Assembly: GCA_965235115.1 (NCBI GenBank)
Contig: OZ249440.1
Location: 15,531,001 to 15,564,000, forward strand
From: Laetmonice hystrix
Lineage: Eukaryota
DNA length: 33,000 nt
Direction: 5' to 3'
Made by a program: the position numbers and the translations under genes. The notes beneath the pieces are model-generated. The model saw nothing but the letters and a program-made list of their open reading frames with translations, made no database searches and was not told where the DNA came from. This document shows, piece after piece, positions 22,571 through 33,000 of this stretch. The first letter of the stretch is position 1. Each line of letters starts with the position of its first letter.

Positions 22571-22766
22571 CGAGACGTTCCGCCAGCCTCCTTTTGGCTG
22601 CACGTGTCCACGACGGCCTCTGACGGTCCTCGGCTAGACGTTGGTTCAGGTGCGGGCTATACTTGAGGGAACCGACATCATTATCGGCGTTTTCGGATGA
22701 CTAGTAAACGCATCACCCGTTTAATTATGTTGACCTGTTGAAACACGTCATCGGCTTCAAATTACG

Positions 22767-23079
22767 CATTACCGAGTGAGGTCAAGTACAACAGAACGCC
22801 GCACAATGAACATTACCGAGTGAGGTCAAGTACAACAGAACGCCGCACAATGAACATTACCGAGTGAGGTCAAGTACAACAGAACGCCGCACAATGAACA
22901 TTACCGAGTGAGGTCAAGTACAACAGAACGCCGCACAATGAACATTACCGAGTGAGGTCAAGTACAACAGAACGCCGCACAATGAACATTACCGAGTGAG
23001 GTCAAGTACAACAGAACGCCGCACAATGAACATTACCGAGTGAGGTCAAGTACAACAGAACGCCGCACAATGAACATTA
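22767..23079. repeat. Perfect minisatellite, 44-bp unit x7 plus 5 bp (CATTACCGAGTGAGGTCAAGTACAACAGAACGCCGCACAATGAA)
   Basis: Identical units at 22767, 22811, 22855, 22899, 22943, 22987 and 23031, with a trailing CATTA. Confidence 0.98.
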
Positions 23080-23844
23080 ATAATTGCCATTTCAATCTCT
23101 AGTATACGCTGTGAGGCTATAACTCGTCTGAAAATTGTCTATGCTGTAAATACACTGGAAAAGAGCAGATTTCTTGGCGGGTTAAACTTATGGAAACTGC
23201 TCTGCCGCCTCGAGTTCCGTCGTCAGTTTACACTTTCAGAATACATATAAAGCCTGCAACCTGTCTCCATTCACTTTGTTTCCAGTTACCTTTAAGATCT
23301 CGTGTTGATATAGCAAAATATCAATAGATTTTCTTTGTTAAAATCTTATGTATTTCAGGATTCACCAATATATTCTCATGTACATATGTACATGGGTCTG
23401 TTTACTTTTGAACCTGGGCGGGGAGTATTGTGAATCCTACAGTCCCACAGTCTATGTCTGCATTATGATAGCAATTGTTACAAATCTACAAGTTAAAAAA
23501 TAAAATAATACATTTAACCTGTTATTTACTTCAAGAATAATATAGAAGTCAATGCACTTTTCTCTGGAACGACAGTAAAAGATCACATATCCTAATGTTG
23601 AGCCCGGAATGGTCCTTTGATCACAGGTTAGCGACCGCCATGAATATAGACTAACACTGGTTAAGTATCCTATTTATACACATATCATTGTGCTTAGTCT
23701 GCCGACCAGCACTTACCACCTGTCAGAGCGCCAAATTGGTCAGCCTGAAAGTGACCTGGGCAGCAGGAACTTGACTCCTTGAATACAGCCCAAACCCATC
23801 AGTCGTGGCGCTCCGAGGTGTCGCCTCCTCTCTATAGAGTGAAA

Positions 23845-23859
23845 GCGGCCCCCTGGCGG
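23845..23859 (-). promoter_or_regulatory. CTCF-like motif CCGCCAGGGGGCCGC
   Basis: Close match to the CTCF core consensus (mismatch at position 13, tolerated G at position 3). Motif only. Confidence 0.33.
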
Positions 23860-25505
23860 CGAATCTCTGCATTGCGTAATTGACGGGCAGATACCAGTTC
23901 TATCGGATTTGGATTACCAGCACGATAAGCCGAACGCCAATCTTATCAGGCAAACACCTTCCAAAGCTAAAAGGTTTCTGGGAATGCTCACAGGTGGCGC
24001 ATTGCCCCAGCATTGCTATAGATGTCTGTATGGAAGTTATGTATGTAAGACCACATCAAAGGTATATGCATGCACACAGAAATAGGTCTACATAATTTCC
24101 AACGTACAACAGGCCCTATCTGTAATAATTAGCTATAATATATCACAAAATACTATATAACATATACTATATACTGACTAACGAGAACCCTCACGTGGAG
24201 GTAAAAGGACTATAATAAACGATTCTCCATGGTGATACATTATGTAGTCGGGTAATGTTGACGGGTGTGGAGAAAAGTACTTTCGTTTTGAAGACCATTT
24301 TAATTAATACAAACTTTCACACTTCCACCCGGACACATTGAATTGTACCTTTGATAGTGCTGTTGCTATAGCGACAGCATACAGCCAGTGGAGGTATTCT
24401 AAAGGAGTAATTTTGAGATATTTTCTAATGCACATCAAACTAAAGATATAGTAGATTAAACTGGCGGTTCTGTAATCATCACACAATAACACATCATATA
24501 CCGGTATAGCAATACTAAATTACTTCATCTTTATACAAGCTAGCCTGCCGAGCATACTAACATGACGCTCAACGCCGTTCTCACACAACTACACAGTCAG
24601 GTAAGCAGTACACTGAGAGATCCAAACTTTATATTATATATTACCAACTATATATTTTATATGCCCTTGATATAATAGTGCTTATAGCCTAATCCTAAAA
24701 TGTAATTGCAATAAAAGTAATAATGTTTCGGTACATGCCAGTAGTGAGTGTACACTTGATTGCAGTGGTGGCCTCACACTATTCCTAATAGGTGTGACAC
24801 ATAGGTAGAGGCACGAATTGATTCGTTGCCTACCGTTTCCCACGAATTCCTGCCTTCCTCTGCCTCCCTGGGTCATTCTATTCGCCTTGGGTTTAGTTGG
24901 AGATCGCGATCGCGCCGGTCGATCGCCAAACGTAAATGATTTGATCTTACTTGATTTAATCGGTGGCTGGGTATGCACTGAAGTGGGATTAAGGTGGTCT
25001 CAGTGAGGTCAGACCGTGGGATCTTTCAAGGGGCAGCCACGTCCATTATGTGGTCGCCTCTCGTGACCTCCAGAAAGCCAAAACGCGACCCTTTCTCTCT
25101 GGACAAGATCCATACATTATCCTGTTTCGGAACTGTTCTGGCTTTGACATCATTTGGGATCTTTGCGAGAATCGTGGTGAACTGATGGCATTCTGAAGCG
25201 CACGTCGTTTGCTGCAGTATACTCTGTGTTGTAAGATTCCCTGCTGGGCAAAGAGTACGCAGGCATTGTATATACCTCTTAAACCAGCCTCTCAACAACC
25301 ACCACGTTCTTTAGTGTACTGACCTAAACTTAATTGGCATAAGTCTAAATGGGAAGTTTACTATAGACTAGGCCTACAACATGTACCAGCATGAGGTGGG
25401 CCTACTATAGGCCTACTTACAGAAGAAGTATGACCGTCACAACATAAGGTGGTAGAATTAACTCTTGGGACCCATGAGAGAGGAACAGGTCACAATACAC
25501 CCCGG

Positions 25506-25661
25506 TCAGCTGTACTGGTTATCGACGCCAACAACCGGCGATCGGACTGGTCCTTTCCGGTTCCTGTCACAAACATCACGTTTGAACAAGTCGTTGTACA
25601 CATCGCGCCGGAAACGGATGTTGGCGGGCCACGGGTCGGGGAGGTTGTCGTCTGCTTCACA
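25506..25661 (-). CDS. Candidate terminal coding exon (CEADDNLPDPWPANIRFRRDVYNDLFKRDVCDRNRKGPVRSPVVGVDNQYS*), product unknown
   Basis: 51 sense codons with marked C/G third-position bias (GAC, AAC, CTC, CCC, TTC, TAC) ending in TGA, preceded by gtcatAG. The acceptor's pyrimidine tract is weak. Absent from the ORF track because it has no start codon. Confidence 0.5.
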   Translation of the reverse strand, partial: CEADDNLPDPWPANIRFRRDVYNDLFKRDVCDRNRKGPVRSPVVGVDNQYS

Positions 25662-26017
25662 CTATGACGTGGCACAGGCTCCAGCAGTCGTGTGTTAATC
25701 TGTCAAGGTCACCTCATTATGTGACGTCATGCTCAGCACAAAGACAAATCTTTCTGGGATTTTTTTTTATAATAAACGCTATATATACGCGACTGAGTGT
25801 ATGGGCAGTGGCCATTAGACAACAGTTGAAAGGATTCACATTTTGTGGGACCCAGAAAGGGAGTTGGGTCATTAGTGCCTCCCAGGATGAGCTCGCCGGC
25901 GTCAACGTTTGTAAGACATCCCTGACCTTGTGCCCGTCAAAGTCCATGACCTTATGTTGTGACGGTCAAAGTCAGTAGCGCAAGCCCTCCCCTGTCTGCC
26001 AGTGCCCTTACTATGCC

Positions 26018-26137
26018 GGCTGAATGACATCACTCAAGAAAGTCAGCCACATTGAGGGGCTGAATGACATCACTCAAGAAAGTCAGCCACATTGAGGGGC
26101 TGAATGACATCACTCAAGAAAGTCAGCCACATTGAGG
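26018..26137. repeat. Perfect tandem repeat, 40-bp unit x3.0 (GGCTGAATGACATCACTCAAGAAAGTCAGCCACATTGAGG)
   Basis: Identical units at 26018, 26058 and 26098, with no partial unit on either side. Confidence 0.98.
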
Positions 26138-26360
26138 ATATTTATGGAGCCATGTGAGCGATAAGAGAGTGAATGGCAGTTTTGTGTTATATATTAGACG
26201 ATGACACGGCCCATTTACGGGATGAAAGGGGCTGAGTGACTGTGGGAAGGTAACCCTGGCCCAGGTGATATATACCGACACCTGATAGCAGAGTTTCCCG
26301 CTGGGATCTTCAGTACTCGGCCACTTCCCCCCACAATGATCGCTGCCACACAAAAATAAC

Positions 26361-26696
26361 ATGGCGACCCGCCAACACGCACTCACGCAGAAGTCCATCC
26401 ATCCAGCCGGCTTTTGTAGCCAGCTCGTCGCAAAATGTGAAACTTTAATGCACCTCAACATGCCCAGCAGGTGGCGCGGCGGAGCTTTTGTCGGAGCCGA
26501 CGGCCGAGAAGTTCGGGCGGTTCCGCGAGCCATCCCCTCTCCTGCCGCCAGTCCAAAATTAGAACCAGCGGCAGCAAAGACTTTCAATCAGGCTCGTGTC
26601 AAAAAGACCATGGAATTCCAAAGAATAATGTGTCAACACCTAGCGTGCCTGGTGTTGGTATTCGCATTCTGCCCGGTAATTCCCATGGGAGTTTAG
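26361..26696 (+). CDS. 111-codon ORF in a CpG-rich patch starting in AACATGGCG context, product unknown
   Basis: AACATGGCG is a typical start/YY1-like context, the sequence is non-repetitive and there is moderate GC3 bias. No recognisable domain, and the length is within chance range. Confidence 0.22.
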   Translation: MATRQHALTQKSIHPAGFCSQLVAKCETLMHLNMPSRWRGGAFVGADGREVRAVPRAIPSPAASPKLEPAAAKTFNQARVKKTMEFQRIMCQHLACLVLVFAFCPVIPMGV

Positions 26697-27999
26697 ACCC
26701 TTTATTTAGACCCGGAAACACATGCAGGAGCAAGCTGTAAGACTGAGCGTTCAGGGTAAATAACGACAGCGTTTAACACCCGTCTACAAACGCATAATTA
26801 ACCACTCAGATAGGAAAACATCTTTTTTTGTGGCATGTGCTCGTGCTACGAATGGGAAAGTAGGCTCCAGGAAGTTTCAAACAGTAGCTGGAAATCGATT
26901 ATCTATTAGTACTGAGTTATGATTCTCACTCTGTCCAAGTCCGTTGTTTCTACCAGTTCACGTACTTATCTCTAACTTTAGCTGAACCGTGATTACCCGA
27001 CTGCAAACCTTTATGTGTGACACTATGTGCAAAGTGATTCAAGGAATATATGAAGGCTCCTCGCTTCGTATCTCTGTCTGGCCTTCCTCTATGTGAGCCA
27101 TGGCACACATGGGATATACCCAGCGGGAATGTGCTGATGAAATTCATTCCATATTATATATTCAATGTTGGATCGATACATAAAAGCACCAGTATACCTA
27201 AGTGTGTAGAGTGACTGAAATAGAAGCCGTTTGCTCCCATTTACACGAACATTATATAGTTATAGCACTACTGCGTGATATCCAGTTAAAAGATATTTAC
27301 TTCAACAAATTAAAAGGTCCATTATATCCAGTGCAACATTCAAACGTATTACAAATAGTACTTAGATCGTGAGAGCCGAACAATCACTTATCTATTGTCA
27401 TTACTATATCCATCGGCTTTGTATGATGATGAAGGAAGGTTATAAATACAATAGACAATGCACATTTAGGTTAAACCGCTCTATCGTAGAAACACGAGAG
27501 GTGAAAAAACCTGGGCCTATTAGAAAGTAATCCCTTAAGTTTTGAAGCCCTACAGTTGTAGTATTGAAACATAATGCCATTACACGTTCTATTTAACGAT
27601 CTTGAATATTGAAACGCCTGCACTGATCCAACAAGAGAAGCATCTGCTGGAAGGCGGCAAGTAAATCCTTAGCGAGCGCTCGAAAGCCGAGCCTAATCCA
27701 ACGTTTAAACGAAAAAGTCTAAGTGGCTGTGGAATTGTGCCGGGTGGGACTGGAGAGTGGCGCAGTTTGAGAGCGCGCAGGAGTTGAGCGAGTGTCGGTG
27801 TAGAGGATGGCGCCCCACCTGCCGGCCAGTTGGTCCCGAGCCAACAGTTAGGGTAAACTCGCGTGCTGGGATTGTTATTCTCGGTACAAATTAATCTATA
27901 CTCGGCTCCGTGTGAAAGTATGCACTCTGGGTGTCGCTGCCCATAACGATAATGGTTAAGAGGATTGTACTCCACCGCTTCATGCGCGTCGAGTGGTTT

Positions 28000-28013
28000 G
28001 TGCGCATGCGCAC
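28000..28013. promoter_or_regulatory. Perfect NRF1-type palindrome GTGCGCATGCGCAC
   Basis: Exact match to the established TGCGCATGCGCA consensus. Motif only. Confidence 0.4.
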
Positions 28014-28446
28014 GCCCGATTAACAAGGGACCATTGTGACAAGATTCAATATGATTCGCGATGATATATTTATAATGAGGCCATCGACATAACGCGCAAT
28101 TTCACACCGGATACGAAAAGATCAAACAGGGCGGTTTTCACAGGACGCTGACTGTACCGGCTTCAGGCTCACACCACTCAGGACCTTCTCCTTCCTGTCT
28201 AATGTATGCAGACAAGTATAAGTAATAGAGATCTATTCTTGCTATATGTTTTACTTAGGGCCTGCCCTGGGGGACCAGGGATAAGAAAGGTCATTATAGC
28301 CTCCAACCCATGTTACAGGCGACGAATGGGGCGAGGGCTGGACAGTCCCCCAAAACCCAATTCACTCATTTTATTCATCTTCATTCTTCCATTGGTTATT
28401 CTTTTTATTTCATTTTTCTTTTCCATCCTTCTACTTTTCACGGCAG

Positions 28447-28512
28447 GGTACATGGATGGGTTTATACCAACGATGTCGTACCGATATGCGGAAAGGTTTC
28501 AGTCATTGAGTA
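28447..28512 (+). CDS. Candidate 66-nt phase 1-1 exon (xYMDGFIPTMSYRYAERFQSLS)
   Basis: ~80-nt pyrimidine tract ending cAG at 28445-28446, consensus donor GTGAGT at 28513, open frame continuing in phase into 28594. Confidence 0.4.
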
Positions 28513-28591
28513 GTGAGTGATTCAATAAGAGCGCCATCCAGAGAAAGCATGCCAGTCAAGGCCGTTTGAGAGGAGGCCTAACTTTACTCAC

Positions 28592-28831
28592 AGGATGGCC
28601 GATCGATTCCATAGAAGACATGGAGGACGTCTTCGCTGGTTGTATAGACACTGCAAACAGTGAGGCCACGTGTCGAGGTTATGAAGACGCCAGCCTCGAA
28701 CTCCTCGGTACGTGCCCTGACCTGACAGGTCTTCATGAGTTCGGAGCGTTCGATCCTCACCAGAGCACTGAGGACGGCCAGTGCTGGTACTTGGAACATC
28801 AAGGAGGAACTGTTCTCTTCATATGGATGTT
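28592..28831 (-). CDS. Candidate 240-nt symmetric phase 1-1 exon (xHPYEENSSSLMFQVPALAVLSALVRIERSELMKTCQVRARTEEFEAGVFITSTRGLTVCSVYTTSEDVLHVFYGIDRPS)
   Basis: Acceptor attcttcccactttaacAG, donor GTGAGT, length divisible by 3, open with G/C third-position bias. Competes with the + strand model over the same bases. Confidence 0.4.
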
Positions 28832-28838
28832 CTGTTAA
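28594..28838 (+). CDS. Alternative + strand exon (xWPIDSIEDMEDVFAGC...DLTGLHEFGAFDP...WMFC*), loosely GT31/C1GALT1-like
   Basis: Acceptor CTAACtttactcacAG after an 81-nt intron, open frame to TAA. Motif spacing recalls core-1 beta-1,3-galactosyltransferases (see findings), but key motifs are missing. Confidence 0.3.
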
Positions 28839-31266
28839 AGTGGGAAGAATTTCTCAGGTAGACGATTGAAGGAGGTAGAAGAGTTACGAGGTGTTCCAAC
28901 CAATGGGACTGGTGTGAGGAGTATAAACGTATTCCAGGACCTAGCCAGGAGCATCCTGAGGGGCACGTACTTGTGATTACAGGGCCTCAGCAGGCATCAA
29001 CTGTTGTCACTCCTCCCAACGTGCACATTTCGATATTCACGTATCAATATTGATCTGTGGAGCATTTAGAGATGGGGGACAGTGCCATCGTGACGATGTC
29101 AATAACGGGGACAGACTCGGGGTGTGGGTGTTCGTTAGCCCCGTCTGCTCCCGATCCCGTGCCGAGTAGAACTGACGTTGATGCATATGGTAGCCACGCC
29201 ACGCCACGCCCCAGAAGGGCACGGTAACTGAGCCGCCTCACCGCCAGTGCCCAATTAAGAAATTGCGTGTCTCTCCTCCGTAAGTGGCAATGTCACTGGA
29301 ATAGAGTGTGTCAAATACAGACCACCAGAGGTTAGAAGCACGGGTTTTACGGGAGGTGGGCGTTGCCACTAGTGTATTGTTTCGTACATAATATAAAGGG
29401 TGGCATCGGTCAAGACGGGGAGAAGGTCAGATGTAGACTACCGTATAATGGTGATGGATGACATGCATGAAGCCCAAAACAAACCAGTGTAAAAATCCGT
29501 CCAGACGCGCTTCTTTAAGGCCGTATTTGTAATGAAGTGTGACCGGCTTCAGTGTACAGTTATACACAGGTTATGTGTTCAGTACTGCCATGTAAAATGA
29601 AAACCATTTCCCTTCAAAGTCATTGAATCATGTCATATTTTCCTTGGTTAAAGCAAGTCCGGAGGCAATAACCCAGCGTGTTGATTTAAAGGGCGTGTGT
29701 TCGAACTGGGCCGTTTATCTCGGCAATTTATATGTGTTCTGTGAATCCGTAAAACAAAGGCATCCACGAACACTGTTAATAGAGGATTAACCAAAAACTA
29801 AGTGCAATTCTAAATGACGCATACACAATGTCCTTACTTTGATGTCAAAGCTAAAACCATTGCGGGCGAGCGGTCGGGTGCATGCATGCAATTAGCATGG
29901 AAAGGAGGTTCTCCTGGGTACGACTAACTACTTCAGGGCTAATGCACCGCTCCATCTGTATGATGGGTGATCGCGGGCCAGGCTCGGGGAGAGCCGTGTC
30001 CGCCGCCTAACTTGTTAGTAACAAGACAATTACGCTCAACACCTCTCAGTGCTCAGTGTACGTGTCGTGCACGTCAGGCGTCAACATGCGCAGTCGACGA
30101 ACACGACACGGAAACACGCCACCTGGGTGGAACAGGATGCGCACGCAGCAGGATGGGGGCGAACTGCATGTTGGGGGGTCAGGTTATTGGTTACATCTAC
30201 AAACGACGTCACACAGATGTTAACAACCGGTGAACAACTGGACCGATTATACAGAGGCGTTACGGCCGTCCTAGGGCTCACCGACTACCATTGTGTCGGG
30301 TCTTTCTATTGGCACGGATCGATACGTCATTTTGTTGTTTGGAACGCGAAAACGTCTTTGAAGAAAACAAAGTTAATGCAATGTTGTTAATTAAAGAACG
30401 TGGGAACTTCACAGCTTAACATTATCATTCGTCAAAGAACCGGTCGAACGTTCTCCAACAGCGCTAAAGTTTCCGATTTTGTTTTGGCCTTACCTTGTGT
30501 TCTTGTTACTGGACGGAGGTAGACCGCCGACCAGCAGACCTTCACAAGTCGATACTTCCAGTCCCATGATAGGTCACTCACGGGCCAGCTGCCAATTTTC
30601 AACTCCTCTCAACAAAATCGTTTTTTGTATCTCTCTACCTTCCCATCATTCATGGCGCAATAAATCTTTACGACGACACTGACATCCACATATTTTGGGG
30701 GCAACTGTTTATGTATATAACTATGAGTGTATATGGAAATGTCTAAACAAACAGGTTGAACTTCCCCATGTTGACAGATATATGAACTTGCTTCAGGCCA
30801 GGTATAGGAGTAATAAAATCTGATGTTACAAGCGCACGCACCGGTGGGCCAATCAGGTCCGTGAAGATGGAACATGTAAACTGTTTATATCAAAACATGC
30901 TCCTCCTTCTCTCTCCTTCTCTCTCTCCTTCTCCCCCCCCCCCTCTTTCTCTCATTGAGACAATGCTGCCAACATCTTACAGCTGTTCTGCCTGTGAGAA
31001 CCACACACACTGCTGCTTGCTACGCTTACACCATTTCTTTGTCCGTAATAATTATTCGCCTGAAGGGACCGAAACAATGTGAAGCATTCACAAGAGCTTG
31101 TTCTGTGTTGGCAGCCTGAGAATTGGTACTTTATACATACATATATACATATAAATAAGCCAGCCTACCGACACCACTTACAGCACTAATGTGTCCTTGG
31201 GGTTCGAGTTAGTCTCTTTATGCACTCTGGAGTCTGACCCCTTTGATGGTCACACAAGACGGGTAC

Positions 31267-31333
31267 CTTCAATATCGGCACACGGCAGCGCCCATACACT
31301 CTGCCGGGCCTCCTCTACAATCATCTGTTTGCA
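31267..31333 (-). CDS. Candidate 67-nt exon (CKQMIVEEARQSVWALPCADIE), phase 0 in, phase 1 out
   Basis: Strong acceptor ttattttgtatatttttgttctctgcAG. Only one of three frames is open to a moderate donor (AG|GTACCC). Phase is compatible with exon 28592-28831. Confidence 0.33.
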
Positions 31334-32300
31334 CTGCAGAGAACAAAAATATACAAAATAACGAGAGCCGATGAGACTGGGTGTTTTTGTAATGTATTCC
31401 GAGTGCCACGCGATGTGATTTATTAACGGTCCGTGTTTTTTTATCTGCAGGAATCTGCTGTCCTGCTGTATCTATTTAAACACACATTAAAGGACACCAA
31501 TACTAACATCTGCCTTAAAGCGTCGAATGGAAAATACACAGGCAAATCAATGGCAGTGAAGGCGGCCGGCGGACACTAGCGGGATGAAGAGAAACAGACA
31601 GCATTGCATTGGGTAGAGAAGCCAGGGCCACGTACAGCCGACTTTGATACTCTGGGAGGACGTTCTGGTGTACTCCCTCACAGCATGTAGTCTCTCTTCT
31701 CCCCAACCCCCTCCCTCATCCTCCCTTTGTGACGCAGGCGGGGCGTGGTCATCTTTGTTTGAGGAACTCTCTTTAATTAAGCTTTGTTACGAACGTTTCT
31801 ACAGAGGACGTACGATATAATGTCTGTTATGATAATATTAATGATGCCAAGGTCGATAGTGACCTCAACTAAATGAGGCTGATGCTTGCCATGAACACAA
31901 ATCATGTCATTCGATTCAGAGGTTATTTCAGGGCCCTCTTACAAGCTAAGTTCGAGCGACTTATAGGCGGACTGCCAAAACTACTTTTCATTGGCACTGA
32001 CGATATTCAGTGAGACAATCGGGTTAGGCGACTCGCTCACAACTCTTGTCAAACTTCTAGAAATCCTTGAGAAATAATTAGTAATAAACTGTTTATGTGT
32101 ATGCATGTTTACCAATCTCCTGGGGTTTCATATATTGCGGGGGTCCGTGGGCGTACAGCCTGGGATAGAAATCCCATACTTTTACTATGAAAGCCTTTGA
32201 CTTTTACAAATAATAACGTTTTTTAACACGTCCCCGTAGGTCTAAATTGACATTAAAAAGGCCGTTTGGAGATTACAATGATATCCCAGTAACCTATATC

Positions 32301-32342
32301 TGCACTGTGAATATGTACATGCACTGTGAATATGTACATGCA
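32301..32342. repeat. 19-bp tandem duplication (TGCACTGTGAATATGTACA) x2.2
   Basis: Read directly, with a 4-bp TGCA microhomology at the edge. Confidence 0.9.
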
Positions 32343-33000
32343 TTGTGGCACGTTTGGAAACGGAGGAAGGAAACGTGCAGAAGAGGAAATCATGATGACT
32401 ACTAGATAAGAGGAACGACAATAAGGCTTCTTGTTACTCGGCACGACATAGCAGACAGTCTCTGCATGGCCGCCACGCTATAACTCTGACGGGGACACGG
32501 AATACAACCCACCATCACGACTAACATGCACGCATCTCTCTCACAGTGCACGCTCACCCCGGCAGGTCGTGTTTTACTCTGTAAATCTAATACTGACTAA
32601 AGTAGTTAGAATCTCTATCGTTGCCTCAATGTTAACGACGTCAAAGACTCGATGTGAGTGGGGAGGTAACGTTGTTGTGCATGAGGCCATGTTAACTAGA
32701 TTACGGACAGATACGATATCTCGAGGCACCTCATATATAGACAACATAAAACATTATATTTCAGGCAGACAAAAAAGAAACATCTTATACATGCATTAAC
32801 GGATCTCGTTTGTACACTGCTCTGTAACAGTATAGCCATGAAAATTTAGACCTATTCATGTAAATGGTTGGCATGCAAGTCATTCATTCATCTCGTTTTG
32901 CGATATTGCTGATGGACACTTATTTTACCGAATGTGTCCCAATGTACGGTTCAGAAAAAAACAAATGCATTTAAACTATGATGAAAGATAATATTCATGA

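Noticed and set aside
23890-24000. AKRFLGML resembling the Ty3/gypsy RT FLG motif
   Set aside because: Spacing to upstream motifs is wrong, and no YxDD, RNase H, integrase or LTRs were found.
25860-25910. DAGELILGGTND (-) resembling the pepsin-family GGELxLGG motif
   Set aside because: There is no DTG/DSG motif, no good donor, and a stop lies shortly upstream in frame.
6926-26137. Tandem arrays as CRISPR arrays
   Set aside because: Units are head-to-tail with no unique spacers, there are no cas genes, and the context is eukaryotic.
28592-28700. GLTVCSVY...FY (-) resembling a LINE endonuclease strand
   Set aside because: No GDFN motif follows and there is no adjacent RT sequence. The flanking splice signals favour an exon.

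Overview
Eukaryotic genomic DNA, most likely a bilaterian invertebrate (inferred from abundant CpG, GT-AG splice signals, CTCF-type motifs and TTAA-flanked MITEs). There are no prokaryotic genes, no CRISPR array and no intact transposase, reverse transcriptase or other long ORF; the longest ORFs in the supplied track are translations of tandem repeats. Best-supported content: (i) seven unrelated or semi-related minisatellite arrays with 22-44 bp units; (ii) a tRNA-Pro(TGG) pseudogene that has lost the core of its B box, next to a fold-back TTAA-flanked (Kolobok-like) MITE and a hAT-like MITE that has a second copy at ~17 kb; (iii) a plausible small spliced gene on + (exons near 4.57, 5.91, 8.63 and 12.23 kb) whose product I cannot name; (iv) exon-like segments between 25.5 and 31.3 kb, including a 240-bp stretch that is open and bounded by splice signals on both strands. 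I could not name any protein with confidence, and all gene models are hand-built hypotheses. I did not find a clearly new biological system. The most unusual items are the two block-permuted minisatellites flanking the terminal exon and the dual-strand exon-like segment.
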